Shown here one piece after another: positions 40,574 through 49,653 of a stretch of 64,000 nt of DNA (the first letter of the stretch is position 1; every line of letters starts with the position of its first letter). Both the position numbers and the translations under genes were made by a program. Under the pieces are notes generated by a model. The model saw only the letters and a program-made list of their open reading frames with translations. It had not been told where the DNA came from and did no database searches. The stretch is taken from positions 140,258-204,257 of IMG/VR virus record IMGVR_UViG_3300044821_000131. One strand, 5' to 3'.

Positions 40574-40828
40574 ATGAAAGTTTTCGTGACGAAATATGCC
40601 TTGACCCAAGGCATCACAGAAGCAGAAGTCGATCGATCGCCCTTGCATCCGGACATGGTGTGCTCAAGTGCTACAAAAACATGGGATCGGTCTTATTATC
40701 ACGGCGAGGGTAAAGAATGGCACCAGACGCGCAGTGCCGCGGTCGAACAGGCCGAGAAGCTTCGACTGAATAAAATCCGCTTGCTGAAACAGCGCATCAA
40801 ACAATTGGAGACTATGGAATTCAAATGA
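40574..40828 (+). CDS. Phage hypothetical protein (TKYALT.GI motif)
   Basis: MKVFVTKYALTQGITEAEV motif recalled from phage accessory genes. Confidence 0.55.
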   Translation: MKVFVTKYALTQGITEAEVDRSPLHPDMVCSSATKTWDRSYYHGEGKEWHQTRSAAVEQAEKLRLNKIRLLKQRIKQLETMEFK

Positions 40829-41136
40829 CAGGCAAAAAATCTGACCGCCGGTACAAAACTGATTACCGCTTCGGTCTAATAGGTTCGCAGCTAGGTCTCT
40901 TCTTCACTCTGACACTCGACGGTAAAAAGGATTTTGAGCGTGCCGTCACCACGGCGCGAGAAATGTTGAGCCAGTATAACGTTGGCAGTCTAAATCTGAG
41001 CGACACGTCTATTGGTGTCGGCTCTGGATTCCAACAGGTGGAACTTCACATCCACGAGAAAAATGTGAATCATGAACACATAATCGATTCGAAAACTTAT
41101 GTCGATAAAAGCACCGAACCTCCTGCTGTTCACTGA
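40825..41136 (+). CDS. Hypothetical protein
   Basis: Coupled ORF. Confidence 0.5.
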   Translation: MTGKKSDRRYKTDYRFGLIGSQLGLFFTLTLDGKKDFERAVTTAREMLSQYNVGSLNLSDTSIGVGSGFQQVELHIHEKNVNHEHIIDSKTYVDKSTEPPAVH

Positions 41137-41647
41137 CGGCTCAGGACACGCCGACGGCTTTGGTGGTTACGCCGCCTACGTAAAGACTGCCGACGACCTG
41201 GTGAAGCATTTCTGCATGGGTTCATGTTCGGACACGAGCGTCGACAGAATGGAGTTCACGGCCTTGATCGAGGGTCTTAGGATGGCCATGGAGATGTGGA
41301 TGCGATTCCCCGAAGCTTGGGAGAATGCCATGTCTGATAATCCTGTGCTGCGAAAACCAAGAGTGCTATGGCACAGTGATCGAGAATCACTAGTGCTATC
41401 TGTGAAGAATGTGTATGCGCGCGACAATTGTCCTGATCTATGGGCAGCGTTTGCGCATTTCGAGTCTGTGATGGAGATCGAGGCCAGGCATGTGACGGAG
41501 CCATTTACGGACACGGTGTCCGAGTTTGTCGAGGTCGACCTGCAATCAAGTACTGGACGTGATATGATGAAGAACTACTATCGTCAGACGCCGTTGAGGT
41601 GTGACGAGGAGCTACTCAAAAAACGAATTAAGAAAACAAAAACATGA
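41099..41647 (+). CDS. Ribonuclease HI-like protein
   Basis: LFTDGS (D10), DRMEFTALIEGL (E48), WHSDRESLV (D70). Confidence 0.8.
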   Translation: MSIKAPNLLLFTDGSGHADGFGGYAAYVKTADDLVKHFCMGSCSDTSVDRMEFTALIEGLRMAMEMWMRFPEAWENAMSDNPVLRKPRVLWHSDRESLVLSVKNVYARDNCPDLWAAFAHFESVMEIEARHVTEPFTDTVSEFVEVDLQSSTGRDMMKNYYRQTPLRCDEELLKKRIKKTKT

Positions 41648-41940
41648 GAAGAATCGAGTGGAAACTGGTACAGCACCGCCGACCACACCTTGGGTTTGGA
41701 GTCCATGTTACGCTACCTAATGGCGGTCAAAGTGACGAAATCGCATTCGTTTGTTGCCCAGGAAACGAAGAAGCCACGGTGGCGTATGCCAAACTGATCG
41801 TCGCGGCGCCGGAGCTGTTGGCGGCGTGCAAGGCGTTGCTGGACTGTCCGGCGATGAACTTGGACAACGTGGAGCCGGCAGACTGTGCGGCGTTTAATTG
41901 CGCCCAGGCAGTCGTTGCCAAAGTGGAAGGAAAAGTATGA
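41644..41940 (+). CDS. Phage hypothetical protein (AAPELL motif)
   Basis: AKLIVAAPELLAACKALL. Confidence 0.6.
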   Translation: MRRIEWKLVQHRRPHLGFGVHVTLPNGGQSDEIAFVCCPGNEEATVAYAKLIVAAPELLAACKALLDCPAMNLDNVEPADCAAFNCAQAVVAKVEGKV

Positions 41941-42254
41941 GCGCAAAACACACACCGGGCGATTGGTTGGTGGCCTATAACCGCAACACTGGCCGCGCAA
42001 AATTAGAAGTTTTGGGGCGCAATGGCCAGATCTGCGTTGCTGCTGAATTGGGCGATGGACCTGAAGCTGAAGCGAACGCCAAGCTGATCGCCGCCGCGCC
42101 TAAGTTGCTGAAAGCGCTTAATGCTATTATTAAAACTTGCAATGCCGGAGTTATCATCCGGTACGAAACCGAAAAACCACAATGGTCCGCGTTGGATCAC
42201 ATAGAGTCGGTTGCTCGCGGCGCCATTGCCAAAGCTGTAGGTGAAAAACCATGA
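41937..42254 (+). CDS. Phage hypothetical protein (HTPG.W / ANAKLIAAAP motif)
   Basis: KHTPGDW...EANAKLIAAAPKLLKAL; ATGA coupling. Confidence 0.6.
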   Translation: MSAKHTPGDWLVAYNRNTGRAKLEVLGRNGQICVAAELGDGPEAEANAKLIAAAPKLLKALNAIIKTCNAGVIIRYETEKPQWSALDHIESVARGAIAKAVGEKP

Positions 42255-42484
42255 GTCCAAAAGACATCAAGGTTGGAAAAACCTATTACAATCGCGGACA
42301 GGGCAAAACCACACGCACCGTCTTGGAAATAGCAGACAAACACCGGCCAGAATATTGGTACGGAGAAAGGGCTCCTACCGACCCGGGAGTGTTGTATAAG
42401 CAAGGATCTCGTGAGCGAACCTTGTACCTATCCAGCTTTGCTAAATGGGCCGGAGGAGTATCATCGGAGGTAGTGACGTCATGA
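42251..42484 (+). CDS. Hypothetical protein
   Basis: Coupled small ORF. Confidence 0.5.
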   Translation: MSPKDIKVGKTYYNRGQGKTTRTVLEIADKHRPEYWYGERAPTDPGVLYKQGSRERTLYLSSFAKWAGGVSSEVVTS

Positions 42485-42735
42485 GACCTAACTGTAGTTG
42501 CCCGGTAACCCATGACGGAGTGAACCCGGATTCAAGATACACGATTAGCCCAGAGTCTTGTGGGTTTGTTGTGCGATTCAATGGGAGGCAGATAGGCGAG
42601 TCCAAGTTTTATGCTTCGGCCGCCATACTGGCGATCGGTCACAATTCGGCCCGCAAAGGAAATAACATAATCGTTGAAAAATCTCGACAAGCACAACTCA
42701 CTCAACAGATGGGTTGTGGAAAGGAGACTATATGA
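42481..42735 (+). CDS. Hypothetical protein
   Basis: ATGA coupling at 42481. Confidence 0.45.
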   Translation: MRPNCSCPVTHDGVNPDSRYTISPESCGFVVRFNGRQIGESKFYASAAILAIGHNSARKGNNIIVEKSRQAQLTQQMGCGKETI

Positions 42736-42980
42736 CTGAATTAACCACCCGCATCGGTGAATTACTGCCCAATCTGGACGCGATGGATATTGATGACATG
42801 CCAGTGATGCGGCAGGAGTTGATCGTGTTGTCGGTCGGCATCCGCGCTCTGGCCAGCTATGCCGAGGCGAAGCAAGAAGCGATGGTTTATCGGCTGGCTG
42901 GCAACATCGACTTGGCCCAGCGTATCGAAACCCACTGCGAATCACTCTATCACAAACTGCCCGATTGGGCGAAATGGTAA
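42732..42980 (+). CDS. Hypothetical protein
   Basis: AAGGAG Shine-Dalgarno before the ATG at 42732. Confidence 0.55.
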   Translation: MTELTTRIGELLPNLDAMDIDDMPVMRQELIVLSVGIRALASYAEAKQEAMVYRLAGNIDLAQRIETHCESLYHKLPDWAKW

Positions 42981-42989
42981 GCACAAGAT

Positions 42990-43280
42990 ATGAAACAAAT
43001 AGAGGCTACACCAGACCGTCCGTTTTTCAGTGTAGGATACCAGTACGCTCGTAATCCAAGCACGGTTTATTCTTTCAACAGTTACTTTGAAGTTACCGGG
43101 GATAAGCGTCGAGCCACGATGTCTGGAACCGACGATGCAGCCTTGGCCAAGCGGTGCGCTGATTATTGCGTAACGCAACCCGGTGTGAAATTCGCTTGGG
43201 TACATAAAACAGAGGATTGCTACAACCACAAAGAAGTCTACAAGACTGAGCGACAGAATGAGTTCAACGCAACAACCTGA
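42990..43280 (+). CDS. Hypothetical protein
   Basis: 96 aa ORF. Confidence 0.5.
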   Translation: MKQIEATPDRPFFSVGYQYARNPSTVYSFNSYFEVTGDKRRATMSGTDDAALAKRCADYCVTQPGVKFAWVHKTEDCYNHKEVYKTERQNEFNATT

Positions 43281-43710
43281 ATGGAAATTAGTGGCGCAGC
43301 TCGGCGATGTTAATCCAATCGAGCACGGTGGTTACTTCGTGTTCGAAGATCTGACCGGCGTCTATGCACCAGAAGGTGAAACGGTGCGACGCACATTTGA
43401 AGACAAATTTGAGATACATAGGTTCATACTAGAGCCCTGTACCTATATTAACGGAGTGCTGTCTGATAATAAATATCATCCGGAGACCCCGGTTTGGTTC
43501 GCTGACTCAATAGGCGCTGTTTCAAGTTGGGCCGGCGTGGTACCGGTTGAATTTATAGCCGCGCTAACCGGAGACAACATAGTGGATAAAGCCAGGGCTT
43601 GGTATGATGTTGGGTCGTACTTTGGTTTTTTCGAATTGGACTCATATCCCCTCATCATGAGCCGGGAGGAAGTGGAGGCTCGTTACGCGAAGGCAAAATA
43701 TAATCTCTAG
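43258..43710 (+). CDS. Phage hypothetical protein (LGDVNPIEHGG motif)
   Basis: 150 aa acidic ORF. Confidence 0.55.
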   Translation: MSSTQQPEWKLVAQLGDVNPIEHGGYFVFEDLTGVYAPEGETVRRTFEDKFEIHRFILEPCTYINGVLSDNKYHPETPVWFADSIGAVSSWAGVVPVEFIAALTGDNIVDKARAWYDVGSYFGFFELDSYPLIMSREEVEARYAKAKYNL

Positions 43711-43804
43711 TCCGAACGGTCAGATTCTCACAGATTGGCAGCGGCTGGAATATTTACATTGGCGAACGCAAATTGATTATTGCAACAATCAACATAAATC
43801 TGAC

Positions 43805-44026
43805 ATGAAGCTAAATGCTAAAGTTGTAGCGACGTCCATTCTTTCTCAGCGATGGACAAAATCAACGGAAGCCAAACCCACGAAAGACAAGGCTTTTACC
43901 GTAGCGATCTTCGGCACGGGTATAGGTATTCGTCCGTGTAACGCGATCGGACGTACTGGTACAGAAGCGCATCAGGTGGCTCAACATATTATTGATCTGC
44001 ACAATGACAATTTAACGCATGAATGA
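43805..44026 (+). CDS. Hypothetical protein
   Basis: 73 aa ORF. Confidence 0.45.
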   Translation: MKLNAKVVATSILSQRWTKSTEAKPTKDKAFTVAIFGTGIGIRPCNAIGRTGTEAHQVAQHIIDLHNDNLTHE

Positions 44027-44330
44027 CAAAGACTTGGCCGAAGTTTTAAGACTGAAAGCGGTAGTTGAATTTGAAACCCCGATCGACGGACCTTGGAACG
44101 GCGGACGTAAATCCGTGTTCGAATTCAAACCGAAAGTTGATCCCACCAAAGGCAAACCAGCCATCCGTTGGGGAAGTTTCGGGGCGAATTATTGGTTCTC
44201 GCTTAATCAAGGTAAAAACCTAAAATCCCATTTGACCGGGGTTCGCCGAAAACTTCGAGGCGCTCCGAAACGAAGAATTGAATTTCAGACAATGACACCA
44301 GATGAAATCTATGCCGTCCGATACTGCTAA
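44019..44330 (+). CDS. Basic hypothetical protein
   Basis: 103 aa coupled ORF. Confidence 0.5.
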   Translation: MNDKDLAEVLRLKAVVEFETPIDGPWNGGRKSVFEFKPKVDPTKGKPAIRWGSFGANYWFSLNQGKNLKSHLTGVRRKLRGAPKRRIEFQTMTPDEIYAVRYC

Positions 44331-44511
44331 ACAAAACGACACAGCCAAGGCCAGGATATTCTGGCCCGATGGCAGGATTGAACACTTCGACGATCAGCAA
44401 ATGGCTTATCGTCTTTACATCGGCCTTCCACCTAAATTTCGTTGCGCCTTTCGAGGCAAGCACGACGCGCGTCCGGTGCACCCGGGTGACATGGTGGCTG
44501 GAGTTCCGTGA
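44311..44511 (+). CDS. Hypothetical protein
   Basis: Small ORF in the accessory array. Confidence 0.45.
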   Translation: MPSDTAKQNDTAKARIFWPDGRIEHFDDQQMAYRLYIGLPPKFRCAFRGKHDARPVHPGDMVAGVP

Positions 44512-44523
44512 AACTTTACAAAT

Positions 44524-44808
44524 ATGACTAGACAAGAATCGACGGCCGTCCAGACACTAAGTTTACCGGAATCTTGGCCTAATATATTCGCAGATGGTCG
44601 TGAAGTAAGGAAGTTTTCGAAACCGTGCTGGTACATATTAGCCGGCGAGTTTGGAGCTTTCGTGGCCAAATCCAAGTGCGGAAAATTTGAAGCCATTGCC
44701 GAACCAAGAGATTCAGGATGGCAATTCTGGCTAGTGCGTACCATCGATGGCGAGACCATACAGGAACTATTTTTGTCATCGACCATACCATATAAGCAAC
44801 GACTTTGA
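44524..44808 (+). CDS. Hypothetical protein
   Basis: 94 aa ORF. Confidence 0.45.
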   Translation: MTRQESTAVQTLSLPESWPNIFADGREVRKFSKPCWYILAGEFGAFVAKSKCGKFEAIAEPRDSGWQFWLVRTIDGETIQELFLSSTIPYKQRL

Positions 44809-44823
44809 AGCAAAGACCTAAAA

Positions 44824-45105
44824 ATGAATATGGAACAAAAACACTTTGAAAAACCTAGTCAGCTAACGGAACTCGTCCTACGCCTTGAGCGTATCGCCAA
44901 GAAAAATCGCGATGAGTTCTGTTATAATATTGAAGTCGAGCCGAAATTAAGCGGTCGCCTTCAGTATCGTTTTGTATGTAACGAGAAGGCCGAAGATCAT
45001 GGCTTCGTGGGTGGAGAAGGCGACACCTTGGAAGCCGCGGTAGAGGCGGCGACGGCAGAGATCGAAGAAGCTTGTGAAATTTGGGGCTATAAGCCAGTAC
45101 AATAA
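44824..45105 (+). CDS. Hypothetical protein
   Basis: 93 aa ORF. Confidence 0.5.
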   Translation: MNMEQKHFEKPSQLTELVLRLERIAKKNRDEFCYNIEVEPKLSGRLQYRFVCNEKAEDHGFVGGEGDTLEAAVEAATAEIEEACEIWGYKPVQ

Positions 45106-45108
45106 TGT

Positions 45109-47142
45109 ATGAACATTGCCACACTTTATTCCGCTATGGTCGACCGAATTAACCTGCTCGACCACGCTTACTGGGTGCAGAACGAACCTTTAGTCAGCGA
45201 CCAGCAGTATGACCGAGAAATGCAGTCACTTATAGCGTTCGAAAAGGATCACCCCGATCTCGTATCTGTCAGAAGCCCGACCCAAAGAATTGGTGGCGGA
45301 CTAGCATCTGGTTTCGTGTCCCGACCCCACGTGTTGCCTTGCCTGTCGCTGGATAACGTATTCAAGCCGTCCGATCTGGAACAAAAGATATTGGGCTGGC
45401 ACACAGAATTGGGAATACGCGAAGATATTAAGATGCAGTGCATTGTCGAGCCGAAGATCGACGGCCTGTCTCTGGATCTCAAATATAAGCACGGGGATCT
45501 GGTGCAAGCATTAACCCGAGGCAATGGCACCGAAGGTGATGACGTCACTACGAATGCCAAGACCATCCACAGTATACCGTTTTATGTGCCAGGATTCGGT
45601 AAGGACTCGGACATCCATGTTCGTGGAGAGGTGTTCCTGACTTTCGAGGATTTCAAATTGATTAACGAGCGCCAAGAAACTTTGGGACGCGAGAAGTTCG
45701 CGAATCCAAGAAACGCCGCGTCAGGTTCGATGAAACTACTGGATTCGTTCGAAGTAGCTCAGCGGCGGCTCAGCTTTATGCCGTATCACGTGTTGAACGG
45801 GTGCCATACATTAGTGCCCGTATATCAGGATGAGCTGCATGGATGGTTCAAAGACATGGGATTCAAGGCAGTGCCTTGGTTCAAGGTCGGAGACAACGTT
45901 GAAGATGTAGTGGACTGGGTAATGAAGTTTGAAGCACTACGGCCTACGATGACCTTCCCGGTTGACGGGGCAGTCATCAAACTGAACTATCGTCCTTGTT
46001 GGGACCAATTAACCAATTCGACCCGTGCTGTGCGATGGGGCTATGCCTACAAGTATGCACCTTCGGAAGTTGAAACCGTGTTGAATTCCATAACCGTTCA
46101 GGTAGGACGTACCGGGGCGTTGGCGCCAGTGGCTGAATTGGAACCTGTGGAGATCGATGGCAGCGTCATTGGTCGGGCGTCGTTACATAACTTCGATGAG
46201 ATCGACAGGCTGGACGTTCGTGTGGGCGATACAGTTGTTATAGCGAAACAGGGGGAGATTATTCCTAATGTTGTTCGGGTGGTAAAAGCGAAGCGTAACA
46301 AAAACTGTACAGTTTTTGTTCCACCAGAAGCCTGTCCAATTTGTCAGTCCCCAGTTGAGAAAAAGACACTCAGTGACGGCAAGACACAAAGCGTGGCTAT
46401 TTATTGCAACAATAAACAATGTCCGGCGATTCGCATCGGATCAATTATACACTGGGCGGCCAAGGCTCAGATGGACATTGAGGGCTTAGGAGAATCGTCC
46501 GCAGAGAGCCTCTTCAATCTGTTGCACGTCGACAGCATTGACAAGCTATATGAGCTGACCGTCAAGAGTCTTCGTGGAGTATCTGGCAATGTCTTCGGCG
46601 CCAAGGAGGCTGAGAACCTCTACAACGCGATCCAGGCCAGCAAGGACCGAGGCATGGAAGCAGTACTGGCGGGATTGGGAATCGATCACATTGGTAACAC
46701 GTTGGCCCGAAAGCTTGCTCTTCGCTACGAGGACCTGTGGGCCTTTTTGAATACCGATACTCCGGAATTGCAGAAGCAGGTAGGACCTGTAGTTTTGAAA
46801 TCGCTTGAAGACAATGACGAGTGGATACGCATTATGGTAATGAAACTTGAGAAACACGGTGTCAATTTAAAATCGAAAACGTTTAACCCTGCGGCGGCTT
46901 CTGGAGCGTTGGCCGGAAAATCGATATGCTTTACCGGAACATTAAGCATGGATCGCGATGAGGCGGCACGACTGGCAGAAGCGAAAGGAGCCAAGGTGGT
47001 CAACAGTATAAGCAAGAAACTGTCTTATTTGGTAGTGGGTGACAGCGCTGGCTCCAAGTTGGACAAGGCCAAGGCTTTGGGAACGGTACAGATCATTGGA
47101 GAAGAAGACTTCTTGAAACTAATAGGCAAAACGGATGAGTAA
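45109..47142 (+). CDS. ligA: NAD-dependent DNA ligase
   Basis: EPKIDGLSL adenylation motif, FANPRNAASGS, VDGAVIK, QVGRTGALAPVA, CPIC/CNNKQC zinc finger, HhH repeats, C-terminal BRCT (CFTGTL...AKVVNSISKKLSYLVVG). Confidence 0.97.
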   Translation: MNIATLYSAMVDRINLLDHAYWVQNEPLVSDQQYDREMQSLIAFEKDHPDLVSVRSPTQRIGGGLASGFVSRPHVLPCLSLDNVFKPSDLEQKILGWHTELGIREDIKMQCIVEPKIDGLSLDLKYKHGDLVQALTRGNGTEGDDVTTNAKTIHSIPFYVPGFGKDSDIHVRGEVFLTFEDFKLINERQETLGREKFANPRNAASGSMKLLDSFEVAQRRLSFMPYHVLNGCHTLVPVYQDELHGWFKDMGFKAVPWFKVGDNVEDVVDWVMKFEALRPTMTFPVDGAVIKLNYRPCWDQLTNSTRAVRWGYAYKYAPSEVETVLNSITVQVGRTGALAPVAELEPVEIDGSVIGRASLHNFDEIDRLDVRVGDTVVIAKQGEIIPNVVRVVKAKRNKNCTVFVPPEACPICQSPVEKKTLSDGKTQSVAIYCNNKQCPAIRIGSIIHWAAKAQMDIEGLGESSAESLFNLLHVDSIDKLYELTVKSLRGVSGNVFGAKEAENLYNAIQASKDRGMEAVLAGLGIDHIGNTLARKLALRYEDLWAFLNTDTPELQKQVGPVVLKSLEDNDEWIRIMVMKLEKHGVNLKSKTFNPAAASGALAGKSICFTGTLSMDRDEAARLAEAKGAKVVNSISKKLSYLVVGDSAGSKLDKAKALGTVQIIGEEDFLKLIGKTDE

Positions 47143-47626
47143 GAAACCAACCATTACTTCGGTGATAGATCCATTGTGTGAATGCGACAATTGTGGGCAT
47201 CGCTGTGGTTGTAGCAAGCTGGCTCAAATTCACAATCTGTTGGATCGACTCGACGTGGGTGGGGAGATGCCGGCAGGTGATTGTCCCAAGTGCGGATGTT
47301 TCAGTTATTTGGTCAAGCCAGAGGTTGTTGTTAGCTTCACACGTCAAGCTGGAGAAGATATTAAAAAACTTGATGGCTGCGTTACCCACTATACCAAAGA
47401 TCTTCGTGGTCTCTTGGAAGAACAGCTGGTAAAGGAGATCAATAAAAATCCTATCTTGGCACGAATGAACAAGATGCCGAGATGCTCCAGCGCAATCGAT
47501 AGATTTGGTACCTACAAAACGACGGTGGTGTTCGAAACGGACTTAGATTGGATCACCATGCAGCAAGTGCTGCAGTGGACTTATGACACATTTGGCATGA
47601 CCGGGTCGTTTGAAAAATATGAGTGA
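47135..47626 (+). CDS. Hypothetical protein with Cys clusters
   Basis: CECDNCGHRC and CPKC. Confidence 0.5.
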   Translation: MSKKPTITSVIDPLCECDNCGHRCGCSKLAQIHNLLDRLDVGGEMPAGDCPKCGCFSYLVKPEVVVSFTRQAGEDIKKLDGCVTHYTKDLRGLLEEQLVKEINKNPILARMNKMPRCSSAIDRFGTYKTTVVFETDLDWITMQQVLQWTYDTFGMTGSFEKYE

Positions 47627-48794
47627 CAGACCTCACATTGAACCCAATATGAAGATTAAACTAGGATGGGTGTCCGATAGTCATCTGGGCTATTCGCAGT
47701 ACGGGTCGTCGAAACGTAGACGTGACTTCGCGTTGGGGCTGAAGAATGCAGTCGACGACATGTTGAATAATAAGGTCAATGCTATTATTCACACAGGCGA
47801 CATGTTCAACTCGAATCGGCCTTCCGCGGAAGATGTGCGGGACCTTCAACATATCCACAATCTGCTGATCGCTAAAGGAACATTCCTCTACACGATTGAC
47901 GGCAATCACGATCACACCAATCCGCCTTGGCCCGAAGTACTGATTCCCAACTCCCGGGGAGGAATCGTACTGATCAGCACCTACCCAAAGGTCGTGATCG
48001 GCGATCTAGTGCTACGCGGCTATTCTTCCATGAGCAAAGAGGCGCTGCTCAGTCGGTTCCAGGAGGATGACATGTCGGGTATCGACGTGTTACTATTGCA
48101 TCAACCGATAAAGGAATTCTGTGGGTTTCCGAGTCCAAATGCGCTCGCTATCGACGATGTCCCAGACATATTTGAGTTAACTGCAGTAGGTGATATTCAC
48201 GTGATGGATATTCGTCAACGGCCGAGCGGAGGTTGGATTGGCTATCCTGGGTCCACCGAGATGTGTAGTTCGTCTGAGTGTCCAGACAAGTATTGGATCG
48301 AGCTTAACTTCGGCGACCGTAAATTGGTGTCTTACGATCCTCACAAAATTCGTACACGACCTGTATTACACTGGTTAGTAAACACGGAGGCAGAGTTGAC
48401 GGCGAAACTGGATGAGTTTGATCGATTGGAAACGGAACTCAAGAAGACCGACCCGCGCGAACCCATGCTGTACGTGAAGTTCCCGACCAGCCTGTCCGAC
48501 GTGATCGCCCGCGTACGTCAGAAATTGGATCCAGACAAATACATCGTTGTTCTGCAACCTATATATCTGAACCCGGAATCAGCTACAGGTGTGATAAATC
48601 CGCTGGCGGTGCAGGCAGAAGACAAGGATATCAGTGTGCAGGACCTCTTGAACGCGAAGGTACCGACGGAAGATGGGCTGTATCAGATAGCGTCTCAGAT
48701 GTTGAATCCGGATATTGATGCGGGTAAGGCGTTGAAAGAGTTCGTAGAGGCACGCCTGGCCGCGATTGAGGCCAATGCAACCGAAAGTTCTTGA
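47619..48794 (+). CDS. Mre11/SbcD-like nuclease
   Basis: SDSHLG, HTGDMF, DGNHD, LLLHQ, GDIH and YPGS metallophosphoesterase motifs. Confidence 0.92.
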   Translation: MSDRPHIEPNMKIKLGWVSDSHLGYSQYGSSKRRRDFALGLKNAVDDMLNNKVNAIIHTGDMFNSNRPSAEDVRDLQHIHNLLIAKGTFLYTIDGNHDHTNPPWPEVLIPNSRGGIVLISTYPKVVIGDLVLRGYSSMSKEALLSRFQEDDMSGIDVLLLHQPIKEFCGFPSPNALAIDDVPDIFELTAVGDIHVMDIRQRPSGGWIGYPGSTEMCSSSECPDKYWIELNFGDRKLVSYDPHKIRTRPVLHWLVNTEAELTAKLDEFDRLETELKKTDPREPMLYVKFPTSLSDVIARVRQKLDPDKYIVVLQPIYLNPESATGVINPLAVQAEDKDISVQDLLNAKVPTEDGLYQIASQMLNPDIDAGKALKEFVEARLAAIEANATESS

Positions 48795-49071
48795 ACACGT
48801 AGGATTCCTAAACGTATTCCTTACCGACCCAGAAATCATCGTTGAGTTGGTTGATGATGAAGACCACGACTTGGGAATGTTCGGATGCTGTTGTTGTTCG
48901 GAAAAGGAACTCATGGAGTTTGTGCTTTTCCGGGCAGCTATACAGTGCGGTTGTGGTCGTTTCGATTCTCAATTGGAGCAGGTGACTGCGGTTGTTAGAG
49001 GACTGGGTCAGGAGTGGATATTAAATTACAAGCATGAAAAACTTAAATACGAAATAGAGCGACATGTCTAA
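48775..49071 (+). CDS. Hypothetical protein
   Basis: ~98 aa ORF overlapping both neighbours. Confidence 0.4.
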   Translation: MQPKVLEHVGFLNVFLTDPEIIVELVDDEDHDLGMFGCCCCSEKELMEFVLFRAAIQCGCGRFDSQLEQVTAVVRGLGQEWILNYKHEKLKYEIERHV

Positions 49072-49648
49072 AAACAAACCAATGACTAATTACGACGAAT
49101 ATAGACTGAATGACGACAAGCATTGGGAGTGGCACACGACATTTATTGGCCGTCTGATGCAGCACAATTATCGTGTCTATCACATTCTGGACGGCGTATT
49201 CAAAATCGCACCGAATTTAGGTGCCATTGTTGAGATCGGTACTGGTTGTGGGGCGCTTACCACGTATCTAGGACTGTGGGGCTTACATCTAAACATCCCT
49301 GTGCTGACGGTCGATAATGTGAGATCTACAGATACGGATGCATTCCTGCAACGCCTCGGTGTGACTGTACTGGATGGCGATGTATTTTCCACAGAGGTCT
49401 ACCGAAAGATAAAAGAATTCGTTGGCCAGCGTCCCGTATTTTTATTGTGTGATGGTGGGGCTAAACAACGAGAGTTTGACACTTGGGCACGACTACTTGT
49501 ATCTGGATCATTCATAGCGGCGCACGATCTAGGTCACGAGTTTTCGGTTGAGAATATATCGGAATGGACTCGAACCCTAGTTACTCCCGTTATGGAAGAA
49601 AGGTGGAACGAGATGAATGCTCAAATTGCAATATTTAAAGTTAATTAA
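49064..49648 (+). CDS. Class I SAM methyltransferase, CmcI-like
   Basis: IVEIGTGCGALTTYL, VLTVD, LLCDGG and IAAHD motifs. Confidence 0.7.
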   Translation: MSKNKPMTNYDEYRLNDDKHWEWHTTFIGRLMQHNYRVYHILDGVFKIAPNLGAIVEIGTGCGALTTYLGLWGLHLNIPVLTVDNVRSTDTDAFLQRLGVTVLDGDVFSTEVYRKIKEFVGQRPVFLLCDGGAKQREFDTWARLLVSGSFIAAHDLGHEFSVENISEWTRTLVTPVMEERWNEMNAQIAIFKVN

Positions 49649-49653
49649 ACCGC

